A DNA stretch of 64,000 bases, from contig JBODTK010000146.1 in assembly GCA_050613775.1 (NCBI GenBank), positions 124,001-188,000 of the forward strand. Reading direction: 5' to 3'. Below are positions 38,805 through 51,981 of this stretch, piece by piece. The notes under the pieces were generated by a model that saw only the letters and a list, made by a program, of their open reading frames with translations, did not search any database and had not been told where the DNA came from. Source of the stretch: Neocallimastix sp. 'constans'. Taxonomy: Eukaryota. Position 1 is the first letter of the stretch. Every line of letters begins with the position of its first letter. A program made the translations under genes and the position numbers.

Positions 38805-39467
38805 TTCTTTTTTAACAAAAATTAATTAGCTTTATAGGTATAACTTCCATTTTTGGTATAATTAAGTTTTTCTTTTATTGAAATAAAAAAAAAAACTAAT
38901 TGAAATATTATTATTATTATTATTATTAGAACAAAGCCGTTTTAAATACAAATATGTATATTTAATATTTTGCAAATTTAATTATTTATATATAAAAATG
39001 CTTTTCCGTTTAATGTCTATAATAATTAATTTAATTAAAATTTACTATTTTACTATGCGGCGTGTTAAATTAACATATTTTTATGATAAATATAAGATTA
39101 TTATTTAATTTTTATCAATATAATATATTGTATTATATTTATATATTAGAACTTTTTTTTGCTTAATAAATCAATATCTATTAAAATTATCTATTAATTA
39201 TAATTATTTATTAAATGTTATTATGACAAAATTAATAGAATATTTTAAAAATTTACACAGAAATAAAATTAAAATATTAAAAAAAAAAAAAAAGGAAAAT
39301 ATTAAGATGTAAAGTTGCTTTATATGGTAAATGTTAATGTTTAAATTATTTAAATATTATTCTTTTTTAGGAAGGAATTAGAAAATTATTAAATTACTAT
39401 TAGTAGAAATTTTAAAATATAATTAAAAATAGTTTTTAAAATGTTTGGGGAGTTATTTGCTCTATTA

Positions 39468-39990
39468 ATTTATTATTTGATTATTTATTATTTATTATTT
39501 ATTATTTATTATTTATTATTTATTATTTATTATTTATTATTTATTATTTATTATTTATTATTTATTATTTATTATTTATTATTTATTATTTATTATTTAT
39601 TATTTATTATTTATTATTTATTACTTACCATTTATTATTTATTATTTATTATTTATTATTTATTATTTATTATTTATTATTTATTATTTATTATTTATTA
39701 TTTATTATTTATTATTTATTATTTATTATTTATTATTTATTATTTATTATTTATTATTTATTATTTATTATTTATTATTTATTATTTATTATTTATTATT
39801 TATTATTTATTACTTACCATTTATTATTTATTATTTATTATTTATTATTTATTATTTATTATTTATTATTTATTATTTATTATTTATTATTTATTATTTA
39901 TTATTTATTATTTATCATTTATTATTTATTATTTATTATTTATTATTTATTATTTATTATTTATTATTAATTATTTATTACTATTTATTA
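39468..39990. repeat. (TTTATTA)n 7-bp tandem array
   Basis: Direct reading; explains the LLFIIYY pseudo-ORF. Confidence 0.95.
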
Positions 39991-40286
39991 TTTTATTTAG
40001 ATACATGATTTTTTATATGCAATAAAATATAATTTTATCAGTTTTTTTATAAAATAGATTCGACTTTTTATATATATATAATATATGTGAAAATAAAATA
40101 ATAAATATGTAAATAATAAATAATAAATGATAAATAATGATAAATAAAAATGATAAATAAATAAATAAGTAAATAAATAATAAATAAATAAATAAATAAT
40201 AAATAAATAAATAATAAATAATAAATAAATAATAAATAAATAAATAACAAATAAATAAATAATAAATAGTATTTTTATTTTTAATA

Positions 40287-40661
40287 TTTTTTTTTTTAGA
40301 CTAGAATTAAAGAGAGAGGAAGATAATATGGAAGTCTCTCCCTTAAATGTATCAGACTATCATTGGATTCTTTGTTATACCGTTTCGGTGTCGATGCTGT
40401 CCTCATACAAAGCAAAGGTAATATGAAAGGCAATCCCTGTACGCTGCTTTATACGTCGAGCTTTTTATAAGTGATCTTTTGAACCATCATCGAGGGAGGA
40501 ACAACTACATTAATCCTCTCAAATATCAAGTACTCTCTGTTGCTAGACAATATAATTGTATTGTACTAGAAATTATATATTCTAGCAATAGGAATACTTA
40601 CAATGGCAAAAAAACATCAACTTCGTTTATAGGGAAAAACATTCTGGAAGGCCCAGAATAA
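40287..40661 (-). mobile_element. Structured non-coding dispersed element, copy 2
   Basis: Shares with copy 1 the blocks AATATGAAAG, GCTGCTTTATAC, TTGAACCA, AATTATATATT.TAGCAATA.GAATACTTAC.ATGGCAAAA and TTTATAGGGAAAAACA..CTGGAAGG. Ends CTAGTC-T-A11 on the minus strand. Confidence 0.75.
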
Positions 40662-42464
40662 AAACAAATGCTTTAAATATTTATATTCTATCTATTTAAT
40701 TTTGATAACTCTTTTTTTATTAAATTATTCCTGTTTTTATTTAATATATATATATTTATTCATTTATTTTTACAATAACTTTTATTTTAATTATATATAA
40801 AATGATTAATATTATTTTAATTAAAGAACATTATCTAGTATATAATAAATATATTAAATTAATTAAATATAATAATAATTAGTTATTATAATATATTAAA
40901 TTTTATATATTATTTATTAATATTTAATAAATTAATATATAAACAATTAATTTTAATCTGCAAAAATAATATGAGTTTAAATTAATTATTAAAAAAATTG
41001 TTAGTAGTATATATTAATTAATTATTTATATTAAATTTAATAGATTAATCATATTTAAAAAATAAATGGAATTCTATATTATTATAATATATTGCTTTAT
41101 TAATTTTTATATTATATGTTTATTATTTTTATTTAAAATTATATTAATTATATATAAATTTATAATAAACAAAATCAAAGAAAAATATTTTTTTCCTTTA
41201 TTCTATGTTTTTTCCTCTACTAAATATATTAATATAATATTAAAATAATTATCAAATATTAAATAATTAAATTAATTATTTATTATAAATGTTGATTTAT
41301 TACAATAGATTTTATATTTAATGACGAATATAATAATATTTGAAATATAATATTATAAAATATATAATATTAAAATATTTTTAAAATGAGTTATATACAA
41401 TAAATAAAAATATTTAAATATTATATATTATATAACTTATTTTATATATATATATATTTTTTCATTTATTTGTTTATTATTTTATAATACTTTGTAGGAC
41501 AAATTATTTATAATAAAATTTTAATATATTTTAAAGTTAAACTTTTCATGTTGAATATTATTAAAATCCAACCGTATTGAATATAATATATTATAATAAA
41601 ATATACAATATAATTTAATAACAATCTCAAATAATTTTTAAAAAATATATCTAAATATAATCAAAAAAAAAAATTTTTTTTTCTATTTTCTTTTTTCATT
41701 TCATAAAATAGTTATAAAATAAAAACATTTCCTTTTTTTAAAATAGAATTTTTATTTCTTTTTTAGCACTAATAAACTCTAGAAATTATTAAACTTTTTA
41801 TTTACATATATTTAACCTCTCTCCTTATCAACTCCTAATATTTGGAAAAATCATATTTTATTTAATCGTATTGTAAAATAGCTAATTAAATTATTTAATT
41901 TTCAATATCATAATAATAATACATAAAAAGGAAAAGGAGAGAGTTTTTCAATGATTTTAAATAATAAAAAATAAAAAAGGAACTATATTTATTTTATTTA
42001 TTATAAATTAATTTAATAAACTTAATTTTTATTTGTTTTTTTTTTAAAAAAAAAAAGAAGAAAAAAAAAAAGAAGAAAAAAATTTATTTAATAAATATAT
42101 TAATTAATTTCAAAATAATAATTTAAAAGTTAAAACAAAACAAAGAAATAATAAAAATTAAAGTAAAATTAAAAAAAAAAAATAAAAATAAAACAAACAA
42201 ACGTACGAATAAAAAAATATATTATTTATTTATAAGCTAAAAACTTTAAAGTAAGTTAAGAATAAATTATAAAACTATGAATAATATACTATAATATAAA
42301 TAATAATATATATAATATTTAAGTATTGATGTAAAAATTAAATACCAAATAATAAATAAGCTTTTAAAGATAATTGGTATTGAGTAATGTAAGAATATAT
42401 ATATTAATTGATTTTCTTTTAATTTTTTTCTTTAAAAAAAAGTATAAAAAAATATAAATTTAAA

Positions 42465-43711
42465 ATGAAGTGTTTACTATTATCAATTTTATCAATTTTT
42501 TGTAACGTATTAATAATTAATGGTCAATATAATTATGGAATAGGATTATCTGAAGATAATCCTAAAAATTCAGATACAGATGTAACCCAAAATATAAGTT
42601 ATAATTCAATTTTAGATGATATAAATAATTTCTACAATCAAAATATGAAATATCAAGTAGTTGCAAATGCTGAATCAAATACTGCCGACGATTCAAATAC
42701 CACCGAAAAAACAAATGCAAATGGTAATGCTAACAATAATAATGCAGATACAAAACCTACAAATACTAATTCAAATACAAATTCAAACAGTAATAGTAAT
42801 GCTAATTCAAATGGAAATACAAATTCTAATGCAAATGTAAATACAAATGACAACTCTAAAAACAATAATAAGGGTAATACAAATACTGATGAAAATGGTG
42901 ATGAAATTAAAGAAACTGGTTGTGGTTCAGATAGAGCATCATTGGGTATGTTTGCTTTCCATAAGCCAATTAAAAGAAGGTATGGAATAGAATACTAGAA
43001 TTTCCAATTTTTATTAATATAGTATATTAATTGATCTTATAAATTATTTATTTAAATATTATATAATAGTATTTTAGTTATTGGTTCAAACTTTACTATT
43101 GTATGGTCATATAATAATATTTTAGAAGGATATGAATATAACTATCCTAAAAACGATGTTACTATTAAGTTATTCTTTGAAGAAGATGCTAATCCAAATA
43201 ATTGGTCAAAGTAAGTATTATTTTTTATCATTTTAAAAAATATCATTAAATATATAAAATAATTATTTATTTATAATTAATTTTTTCTATTAATTTATGT
43301 AATATTACATAAAGTGCTTGGAAAAATCCAGTTTTCGAGAAAACCATTCCTTTAGAAAAGGTTGAAACAGGTCCAATTTTAAATGGTATTCAAACTTATC
43401 AATACAATTGGTTTATTAATCCAAAAGATGGTTTTATTAGATCTCCAAAATCTAATGAAAAATATAAGCTTAGAATTTATGGTGATGGTAAGGATGTTCA
43501 ATCCAATAGTGCTAATTTCCAATGTTATGGTGATGGTGATATTCAACCAGGTCTTACTGTTGCATTTTATATTGTTGAAAATAATCGTATTGAAGAAAGA
43601 TATTATAGACAACTTCCAATTGTAGATAATGGTGATGGAATGCAAGCAAAATCATCTTTAGTTATGAGTTTAATTGCAGCTATCTTTTTAATTTTATTTA
43701 ACCTTTGGTAA
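42465..43711 (+). CDS. Secreted, probably GPI-anchored protein with Asn/Thr linker and beta-rich domain; exons 42465-42979, 43070-43210, 43315-43711
   Basis: Signal peptide MKCLLLSILSIFCNVLIING. Splicing restores the frame (..IGSNFTIVWSY..YQYNWFINP..YKLRIYGDG..). Hydrophobic C-terminus SSLVMSLIAAIFLILFNLW*. Confidence 0.8.
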
Positions 43712-45189
43712 ATTTAAAAAATAGGAAATATAAACCTTAATAAACTAAATATATATATTTAAACAAAAAAGTATTAGCAATAATTAAATTGAAGAATTTA
43801 ATGAAATAATAATTATTAATGAATTATATAAAATAATTACAATCATTAAAATATTTTTTTTAAAAAAAAAAGAAACAATTATTTTTTATTAAAAATTTTA
43901 TATATATATAAATTATAATTTAAATTAATTTAATCTTTTATATACACTTTTATATTAAAAATAAAGTAATAATTTAATAGTAAATGTTTACGAAATTGCA
44001 TTTATAAAAACAATATGATATATTTAAATCATATAATTATTTATGATTATTTAATTACATGGATTATTAAAATTATATAAGATATGAAATTATATAATTT
44101 TTATATTTTTATAGAATAAAAGAATAATAATAAAAAAAAATTATTCATTACTTTATTTTTATTATATTATAATATATATATATTATTTACTATATATAAA
44201 TATTATTTTACCATTTGTCTATATATTAATTTATATTTTAAATTATTACTTTTTTTTTAAAAAATATTTATTTTAATGATTATTTATTTTAATGATGTTT
44301 TAATTTGTTATTATTATTAAAAATTTATTATTATTTTTTAGCAATGAAAAAATTAAAACTAATCATTAATAAAAACAAATTCAAAACTGTTTAAATTAAC
44401 AATTGATTTATATTTTATCTATTGTAAATTATTTAAAAGGAATTTCCTTGAATTCTGAATAAAATAATTTAATGAAAGTCATTTTATTCAAAATTAACGT
44501 AAGAATAGAAAATTTTTATTGAAATCTGAATATTATATCTTTAATTAGATAGAATAAAAAGATTTTTTTTTTTTTTTTTTTTATGAATAAAATAATTGAA
44601 CCAATTTTACAAAAAAAAAAAAAAAAAGTTTAGAAGTATATTGAATGTAAAGTGTTTTCTAACCTATTATAAAATTACCTTTGAAGTGTATTCTTTTTTA
44701 TTTAATAATAATTCATAAATTTTCATATTAAAATGAATCTTTTAGTTTGATGATGAAATGGTATTCCGTTGAATCTACCGTTACCAAGAGCGTCGACGTC
44801 GAAATGATAAGGCATGGATTTTCACCTCCAGATACAGATTCGATTGATAACACTAATACTGAAATTATTACTCACAATAATGGACGTGGTGTTATTATCG
44901 AGGAATAGGAAAAGTTAGAGGCTATTGCTTCTAACGCACTTTTATAATTTTATAATATATAATATTTTATTTCATGTATTTTATTTGTTATTTTTTCATT
45001 TAATTTCATGTAATTTTATTATTATTATAAATTAAATAAAGTTTTCTCTAAGTCTAAAAAAAAAATGAATCTTTTATTTATTTATTTATATTTTATTTCA
45101 TTTTTTTTTTTATCAATACATTACTAATATATATACCACTTTATAATTTATTTTATTTTTATTAATACTGTTTCCATCATATAAATGAT

Positions 45190-45600
45190 AATATATAAAC
45201 CATATATTATAAGAGATGCTTTAGATACATCTACTATTAATGGTGTAATAAAGTTAAATACTTAATTTTAGGGGGAAATCAATAAATAAATTTAAGAAAT
45301 TATTTTAGCAATATTTTAATTGAATTAAATAATTAATATAATTTAAAAAATATTTTATTCATACAAAATTAAAGGTTAATTTAGAATTGAAATAAATAAT
45401 AGTTTAATAATATCATGTTAATATTATAAAATAGGATAATTTTATATACACATATTCACCAGTAAGAGAATTTATTCATTACTGAATAACTAGGTTAAGG
45501 GGGAATGTTAGAATATGTGAAATGTATGAAAAATAAGCTTCAAATGTATTGAACATATTGTAATATAATTAATGTATAAGCCACAATGTATTAATAAAAA
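45190..45600 (+). mobile_element. LTR-retroelement 3' remnant: 3'UTR, polypurine tract and LTR start
   Basis: PPT AAGGGGGAA (45497-45505) immediately before TG (45506). Colinear with 62430-63120. Confidence 0.6.
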
Positions 45601-45834
45601 AGCGTTTTGTCCTTTTTTTTTTTTCCTTTTTTTATTTTGTCCATTTTTTTTTTCTTTTATAATTTTTTTCGAATAAATTTTTATATTTTATTTTTCTTAA
45701 TAATAAATAATTAATAAATAATAAATAATGCTATTAATGTTATGTTATATAAATATATATATTTTTTTCACTATTAATAAAAATAATATAAATATTTATA
45801 TAAAATATTGATTATCTGTTCATATAAAAATATG

Positions 45835-45871
<37 letters not shown>

Positions 45872-46049
45872 TTATATTTTTAAAAAAAAATTCGTTTATT
45901 GTATTTAATTAAATGAAAATAATTATTTTCGATAATAAAAATATATATATGATATTATTTTAATAATTTTTTTTTTCTCAGTAATTCATCTATTTTATAC
46001 TTCTATAATTTTTTTAATAAATATTTTAATTAATTCTTTTGAATAATAA

Positions 46050-46309
46050 TTCTTTATTATTAGTTATTGTCATTTTATTACTGTTATCTGTATCTACTTC
46101 TATAGATTATACATTTAATCTACTTATATTCTAGCACTGTTTGCTTTTTTTTTTTTTTTTGTTTATTTTTTGCTATTTGTAAAATTCATCTATTATATTT
46201 TTCTAATATATCATCTTCATAAACAGATATTAAATTAGCTGAATGGGTATTACATATAGTTAAAAAACATTTTCCTTTTTACTTTTCTTTGTTAGAATTG
46301 ATATATTTA

Positions 46310-46348
<39 letters not shown>

Positions 46349-46830
46349 TTTTTTTTTTGATCTTGTTCCAAATAATTTAGAAGTAAAAATTTCAGTACCT
46401 GATGCAACAACTTCATTTGGGTTTATATTATAATTTATTAAAAATTTTTTTCCATGGAAAAAAATTTTTAATTAGACTTTGTATTCTCGGTATCTTTAAG
46501 CATTATTTTTTAATTTTTTAAGAAGCAAAGAAGAAATTTCTTCTTCTGGAAAAAATTCTTTTTTATTAATTTTTTTTTCATAATTAATTTGAATATAAGA
46601 CTTTCCATTTTTAGTAAACTACTAATAATTTTTTTTCTTTATATCTTCATGAAGCTCTCTATCTATATAAGCTTAACCAATGATACTGTGATGTCTATTT
46701 GAATAATGGATTATTTCTTAGAATCATTATCTCTAATAATTTTATCTTCTAAGAAAGTAACATAAGATAACATTTTATTATTTTTTCTAATCATCATCAT
46801 GACCTTCTATGATGGGAATAAAAGTTATTT
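46050..46830 (-). pseudogene. Hsp70-family pseudogene with large internal deletions
   Basis: Broken frames read MLSYVTF, NGKSYIQINYE..KEFFPEEEISSLLLKKLK, PRIQSLIKIFFHGK..NINPNEVVASG and ISVYED. These match the Hsp70 consensus motifs PSYVAF, PEEISSMVL.KMK, PKIQ.L..FF.GK..INPDEAVAYG and I.VYEG. Confidence 0.75.
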
Positions 46831-46856
46831 AGTCAATGCTCAATTTAAAAATTTTA

Positions 46857-47020
<164 letters not shown>

Positions 47021-47708
47021 ATATATAAGTAAAAAATAAAAAAATAAAAATAAAAAATAAAAAAATTAAAATTAAATAATAATTTAATTTTTATTTTTAT
47101 TAGATAAATCAATAATAGTTTTTAAAACAAAAATTGAAATGATAATTAAAAAAAAAAAAAAAAAAATAAAATAAAGTAAAATAAATAAAAATAAAAAAAT
47201 TAACAATAAAAAAAAAAAATCTAATATAATAATATTTCCCTTTTATTTTCAATTTCAATTCGCATATTCTAGAATATTTAATAATTTGGATGTAACAAGG
47301 TTTTTCAAAATAATATATATTTTTAATTATTTGAATTATTATCTATTTAATGTTATATTTTTAAAAAAAAATTTATCTATTATTATTGTAATGTTAATAT
47401 TATGAAAAAGTATTTATTATATATAGATAATAGTTTTAAAAAAGATATACTAATTTCAACCTTTAATAAGAAATTTAATAATAAATTATATTTTTATTTA
47501 ATAGTATTATTCATTAATTAAAACATAGTTAAATGTTATATATTTTAATATGTTTTATATTTTATTTCTAAAATTATACATCTTTATTGCTATTACAATT
47601 AACTGATAAAATACAAATAAATAATTATATATAAAATAAATTTATTTTAAATTTTCACTTATTATGAGATATCAAATAATTGTTATATTTTTAGTTTATT
47701 AGTATGCT

Positions 47709-47743
<35 letters not shown>

Positions 47744-49565
47744 ATTTAGAATATTAATAAAAATTAAACAGAATATATTAACTATAAGATATTATTAAAT
47801 TACTCAATATAAATATTAAAAGTAGATAACAAATATATTTAGTTTCGATTAAAATTAAATTTCCAATTTAATGTTTTAGTTTATAAATTATTTTTTATTA
47901 ATTTATTTATTGGTAATTATTTTAATTTAAAAAGATTATTATTATTAAAAAAAATCTTTTTTGATAAATACTATCATAGTTATAAATTAATATATTTTCA
48001 TGGATGTTATTTTATTAAATCAAATTTTTTCTTTTATCAGAGAATTTTTTTTTTAATTATTATTAATTTAAATATATATATATATATATTATTATTATTT
48101 TTTATAATTTTCTATTTTTTTTATATAGATAATATTTAAAAAAAAAAAAATAACTAAAAAAAAAAAAGAAAATACTAATATTAATAAAATTTATTATTAT
48201 TGTTATTATTTTATATCAAACTTTTAAAAATTATATTGCCATCTAATGAAATGTTAAATTTAGTATATATTAATTAATAAAACAATAAATCTATCAATAT
48301 ATTAATAAACAAAAAAACATGATAAAATAAATAAAACAATAATAGATAAATGAATAAATAAATAATTAAGAATGAATATATTAACATATTAACATTTTAT
48401 ATTAATTAATAAAAGATAATAATAATAAATTATACCTGACAAAAATTAATTATTAAACTTTTATATAAATTTAATAATTAGTTTTGAATATAAATAAAAT
48501 TATTTTTTTTTTCTTTTCCGTCTTTATAATTATGAGCTGTAAACTATTTTAATTCATTTAAAGTTTAAAAAAAAAAAAAAGTTATAAATTATACCAACTT
48601 TTTTTATTTATTGAATGTTACAATTGTTACATAACACAACTATATAAAATAAGTTTAAATTCAAGAAAGTGGTCTAATAATTTAATAGCAATTTATTTTA
48701 TTAAAAGTTATTTAATTTTTATTATGTGTTTTTATTCTAAACAAATAATAATAAATAAATAAAAAAAAAAAAAAAAAAAAAAAAAACAGATTTTTTCGGA
48801 ATTAAGATACTATTTAAAAAAGAAAAAAAAAAACTTTTTTTTTTCTTTTTTATGAACTATTTACTAGTTAACCGACCATATTATATGGTGTTTAAAGAGT
48901 TCAAAAAAAAATTTTTTTTTAAAATAATATCTAATAATTCTATTTATTTAAACAAAATAAAATTAAATAGTTAATAATAATGATGATTAAATTATTATAA
49001 GATAATAATATTGAATATATATATATATATAATATTAAATAAAAATTGAATAATATAGATTAAATTAATTAGTACAAATTTTTTAATTGTTTATAAAATA
49101 TCTAATATAATATAATAAAAAAAATAACATAAAAATAAAGTATAAACAAAAAGATACTCTTTATATAGAATAAACAATATATATATATATATATAAACAT
49201 CATAAATAATTAATGATTAATAAAAAAAAAAAATAATATAATTTATAAAAAATAAAGCGAAACAAACAAACAAAAAATTATTATTTAAAAGTTATTAATA
49301 TTATATATTTATAAATTCTATAGTGTCAAAAGTATAATATATAATGTATATTATATTATTATTATATAATTTAACAAATAATAAAAATTAATACAGGAAA
49401 TTAAAGTATTTTTGATTAATTCATAAATATGTTAATTTATATATAAGGATAAATTTAAATTAATTAAAAAATATTTTAATATATTAATTTTTTTTTATAT
49501 CATTTTTCTTCATCACTTTTTAATCTATTAAAAGTGATGATGAAAATTTATAATTATCATCTATC

Positions 49566-49631
49566 ATACATAAAAGGGAAGAGCATAGAAGTCTGCCTTC
49601 TATACTCATTATTTCCCAATCTAAAAAAAAA
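49566..49631 (+). mobile_element. Truncated copy 3 (terminal hairpin plus oligo-A) of the structured element, opposite orientation
   Basis: ATACATAAAAGGGAAGAGCATAGAAGTCTG..TCATTATTTCCCAATC-T-A9 aligns with the copy-1 minus end ATACGTTTAAGAGAGAGACTAGAAGCCCTG..TCATTAATCCCAGTC-T-A6. Confidence 0.6.
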
Positions 49632-49820
49632 TTCTTACATCTTTTCTTTTGTTCAATAATAATAATTAGTATTTTTAATAATAATAAAATAATAAAAAAA
49701 AAAATTAAAAGAAAAAAGAATAATTTCATGCTAATGCTATATGTTTCAAATAAAGACTCTTCCTAATATTTGTTAATCAAAAATAGAAAAAATCTTTAGG
49801 ATGATTATCACTCAAAATAA

Positions 49821-49875
<55 letters not shown>

Positions 49876-50061
49876 ATATTGTAAAGAATAAAAAATTAAA
49901 AAAAAAAAAAAGAAATCTATATAAAATATTTTTTTTAATTATTTAAATTTTTATTAATTTAACTAATGATTGTTTTATTTTTTAATTTTTAATTTTTAAT
50001 TTTTAATTAAAAAAAATTTTTTTTTTATTTATTAATTTTCCTTTTCTTTTTTATAATATTT

Positions 50062-50092
<31 letters not shown>

Positions 50093-50564
50093 TTTTTATT
50101 TTTAAATATTTAAATAGAATTTATAATTAATAAGTATAATTTTTGATTTTTTAAATTAAATTATCTATTTTAATTTTTTTTACTTAATTTTTATATGGAT
50201 ATATTAATTAATTATATGCTGTATTATCATCATATTTTATTTGTAATGATGATTGACAAAAGTTTATATTTAATAAAAAAAAAGTGCTTTTATTATTATT
50301 TAAATAATGCATTCCCTTATATATATTATATATATATTCTGCTCCTTTTAATACATTTAACCTTTTAATTTAATAATTTTTTTTTTTATTTTGCCTTAAT
50401 AAATTCATATTTCTAATTAATATTATAAATATATATATGTATACATATTTATGTTTTTAATGTCATTTTTTTTATTTTATTTTAAAAAAATATATAAATA
50501 TATATAAATACTTAAATTTTTATATTCATTTTATTATTTAGTCTTAAAGAATTTTATATATATA

Positions 50565-50601
<37 letters not shown>

Positions 50602-51283
50602 TTTTAAATAACTATATTTTATAAGATATAGTTTCAATGTTATTTATATACTTCTTATATTTAAATCATTAAAAAATAGTTTAAAGAAATTTTTTTAAAA
50701 AAGATTTTAAAATGATTTTATATAATACACGCTTTTTAAAACTAATTTATTAATAATATATATATATATTTTTTTTATATCTAATGTTTTATTTTTTTTA
50801 AGTAGTACTATTCATTTATATCTTCATTAATAGAATATATATATATTTTTCCTTTTCAAAGAAAAAATAATGAAAAGAAAAAAAAAAAAAAAGCAAAATA
50901 ATAATATGAAATAAATAACAATATAAAAACTTCACAACTTTGTTCAAAAAAAAAAAAAAAAAAAGAAGAAAAAATTAAAAATAAAAAATAAAAAATATTA
51001 AAAATATATTTTTATATGAATACTATACTTTATCAGTTTATAAATTGAAAATAAAAACAATTAATATTAAAACAATTATATATTTATCATAATTAATTAT
51101 TGTTAAAAAAAGCATACTTCAAAATATATTCTGTAAATTTGTAATATAATAATTCAATTTATTTTTTGTTTTATTTCATATTTAATTTTAAACGCAACTA
51201 AGATATTTAAGTTAAAAAAAAAAATAAAAAAAAATAAAATAATTTATAAAATATATAATTATTACTATTATTTATTATTACTA

Positions 51284-51318
<35 letters not shown>

Positions 51319-51981
51319 AAATTTATAATTTATTATAATTTTTATAATAGATATATTCATTCAAGTTTATAATTAAACATTTATCAATAATAATAAAAAT
51401 TAAATAAGATAATTATTTTTAAATAATAGAATTATTCAAATTCTGTAAATTTTATTATATATATATATATTTTTTTAAATTACAAAGGCTATTATTATTT
51501 CATACAAAAATTAAAATTAAAAATAAAAAAAAATATATTAATAATATATTTTTTTATTTTTTAATTTTATTAATATAATATATAATACTTAAAGAATATT
51601 TGTAGATACAATCACCTATTTAAAGTAAAAGAAATATATTTAATAACCATTTTATTTATAAAGTTTAAACTTTTAGAACAAAATTAATTATTTTATTTAT
51701 CTTTAAATTCAATATTTTCATAATTAGATATCTGGATATAGCTTATTTTATTTATTTATAATTTAAATAGTTATTTTATTTCCATTCATATAAATTAAAA
51801 AAATAATCATAATCATAATAAATATTTTATTTATTTTTTTTTTTTTTAAAAGATATATATATAAATATATAAAACAAGCATTAATAAAATAAAATAAAAT
51901 AATATATAATATAATAGTAAAGAAAAAAAAAAAAAAGGAGTACAATATATATATATTATAGTTTAATAAACGAAAGCAACA

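Noticed and set aside
40479..40661. 60-aa ORF within element copy 2
   Set aside because: Non-ATG start, not conserved in copy 1, and overlaps hairpins.
41817..41943. 10-bp inverted repeat CTCTCTCCTT/AAGGAGAGAG
   Set aside because: Short, no TSD or second copy seen; insufficient for a MITE call.
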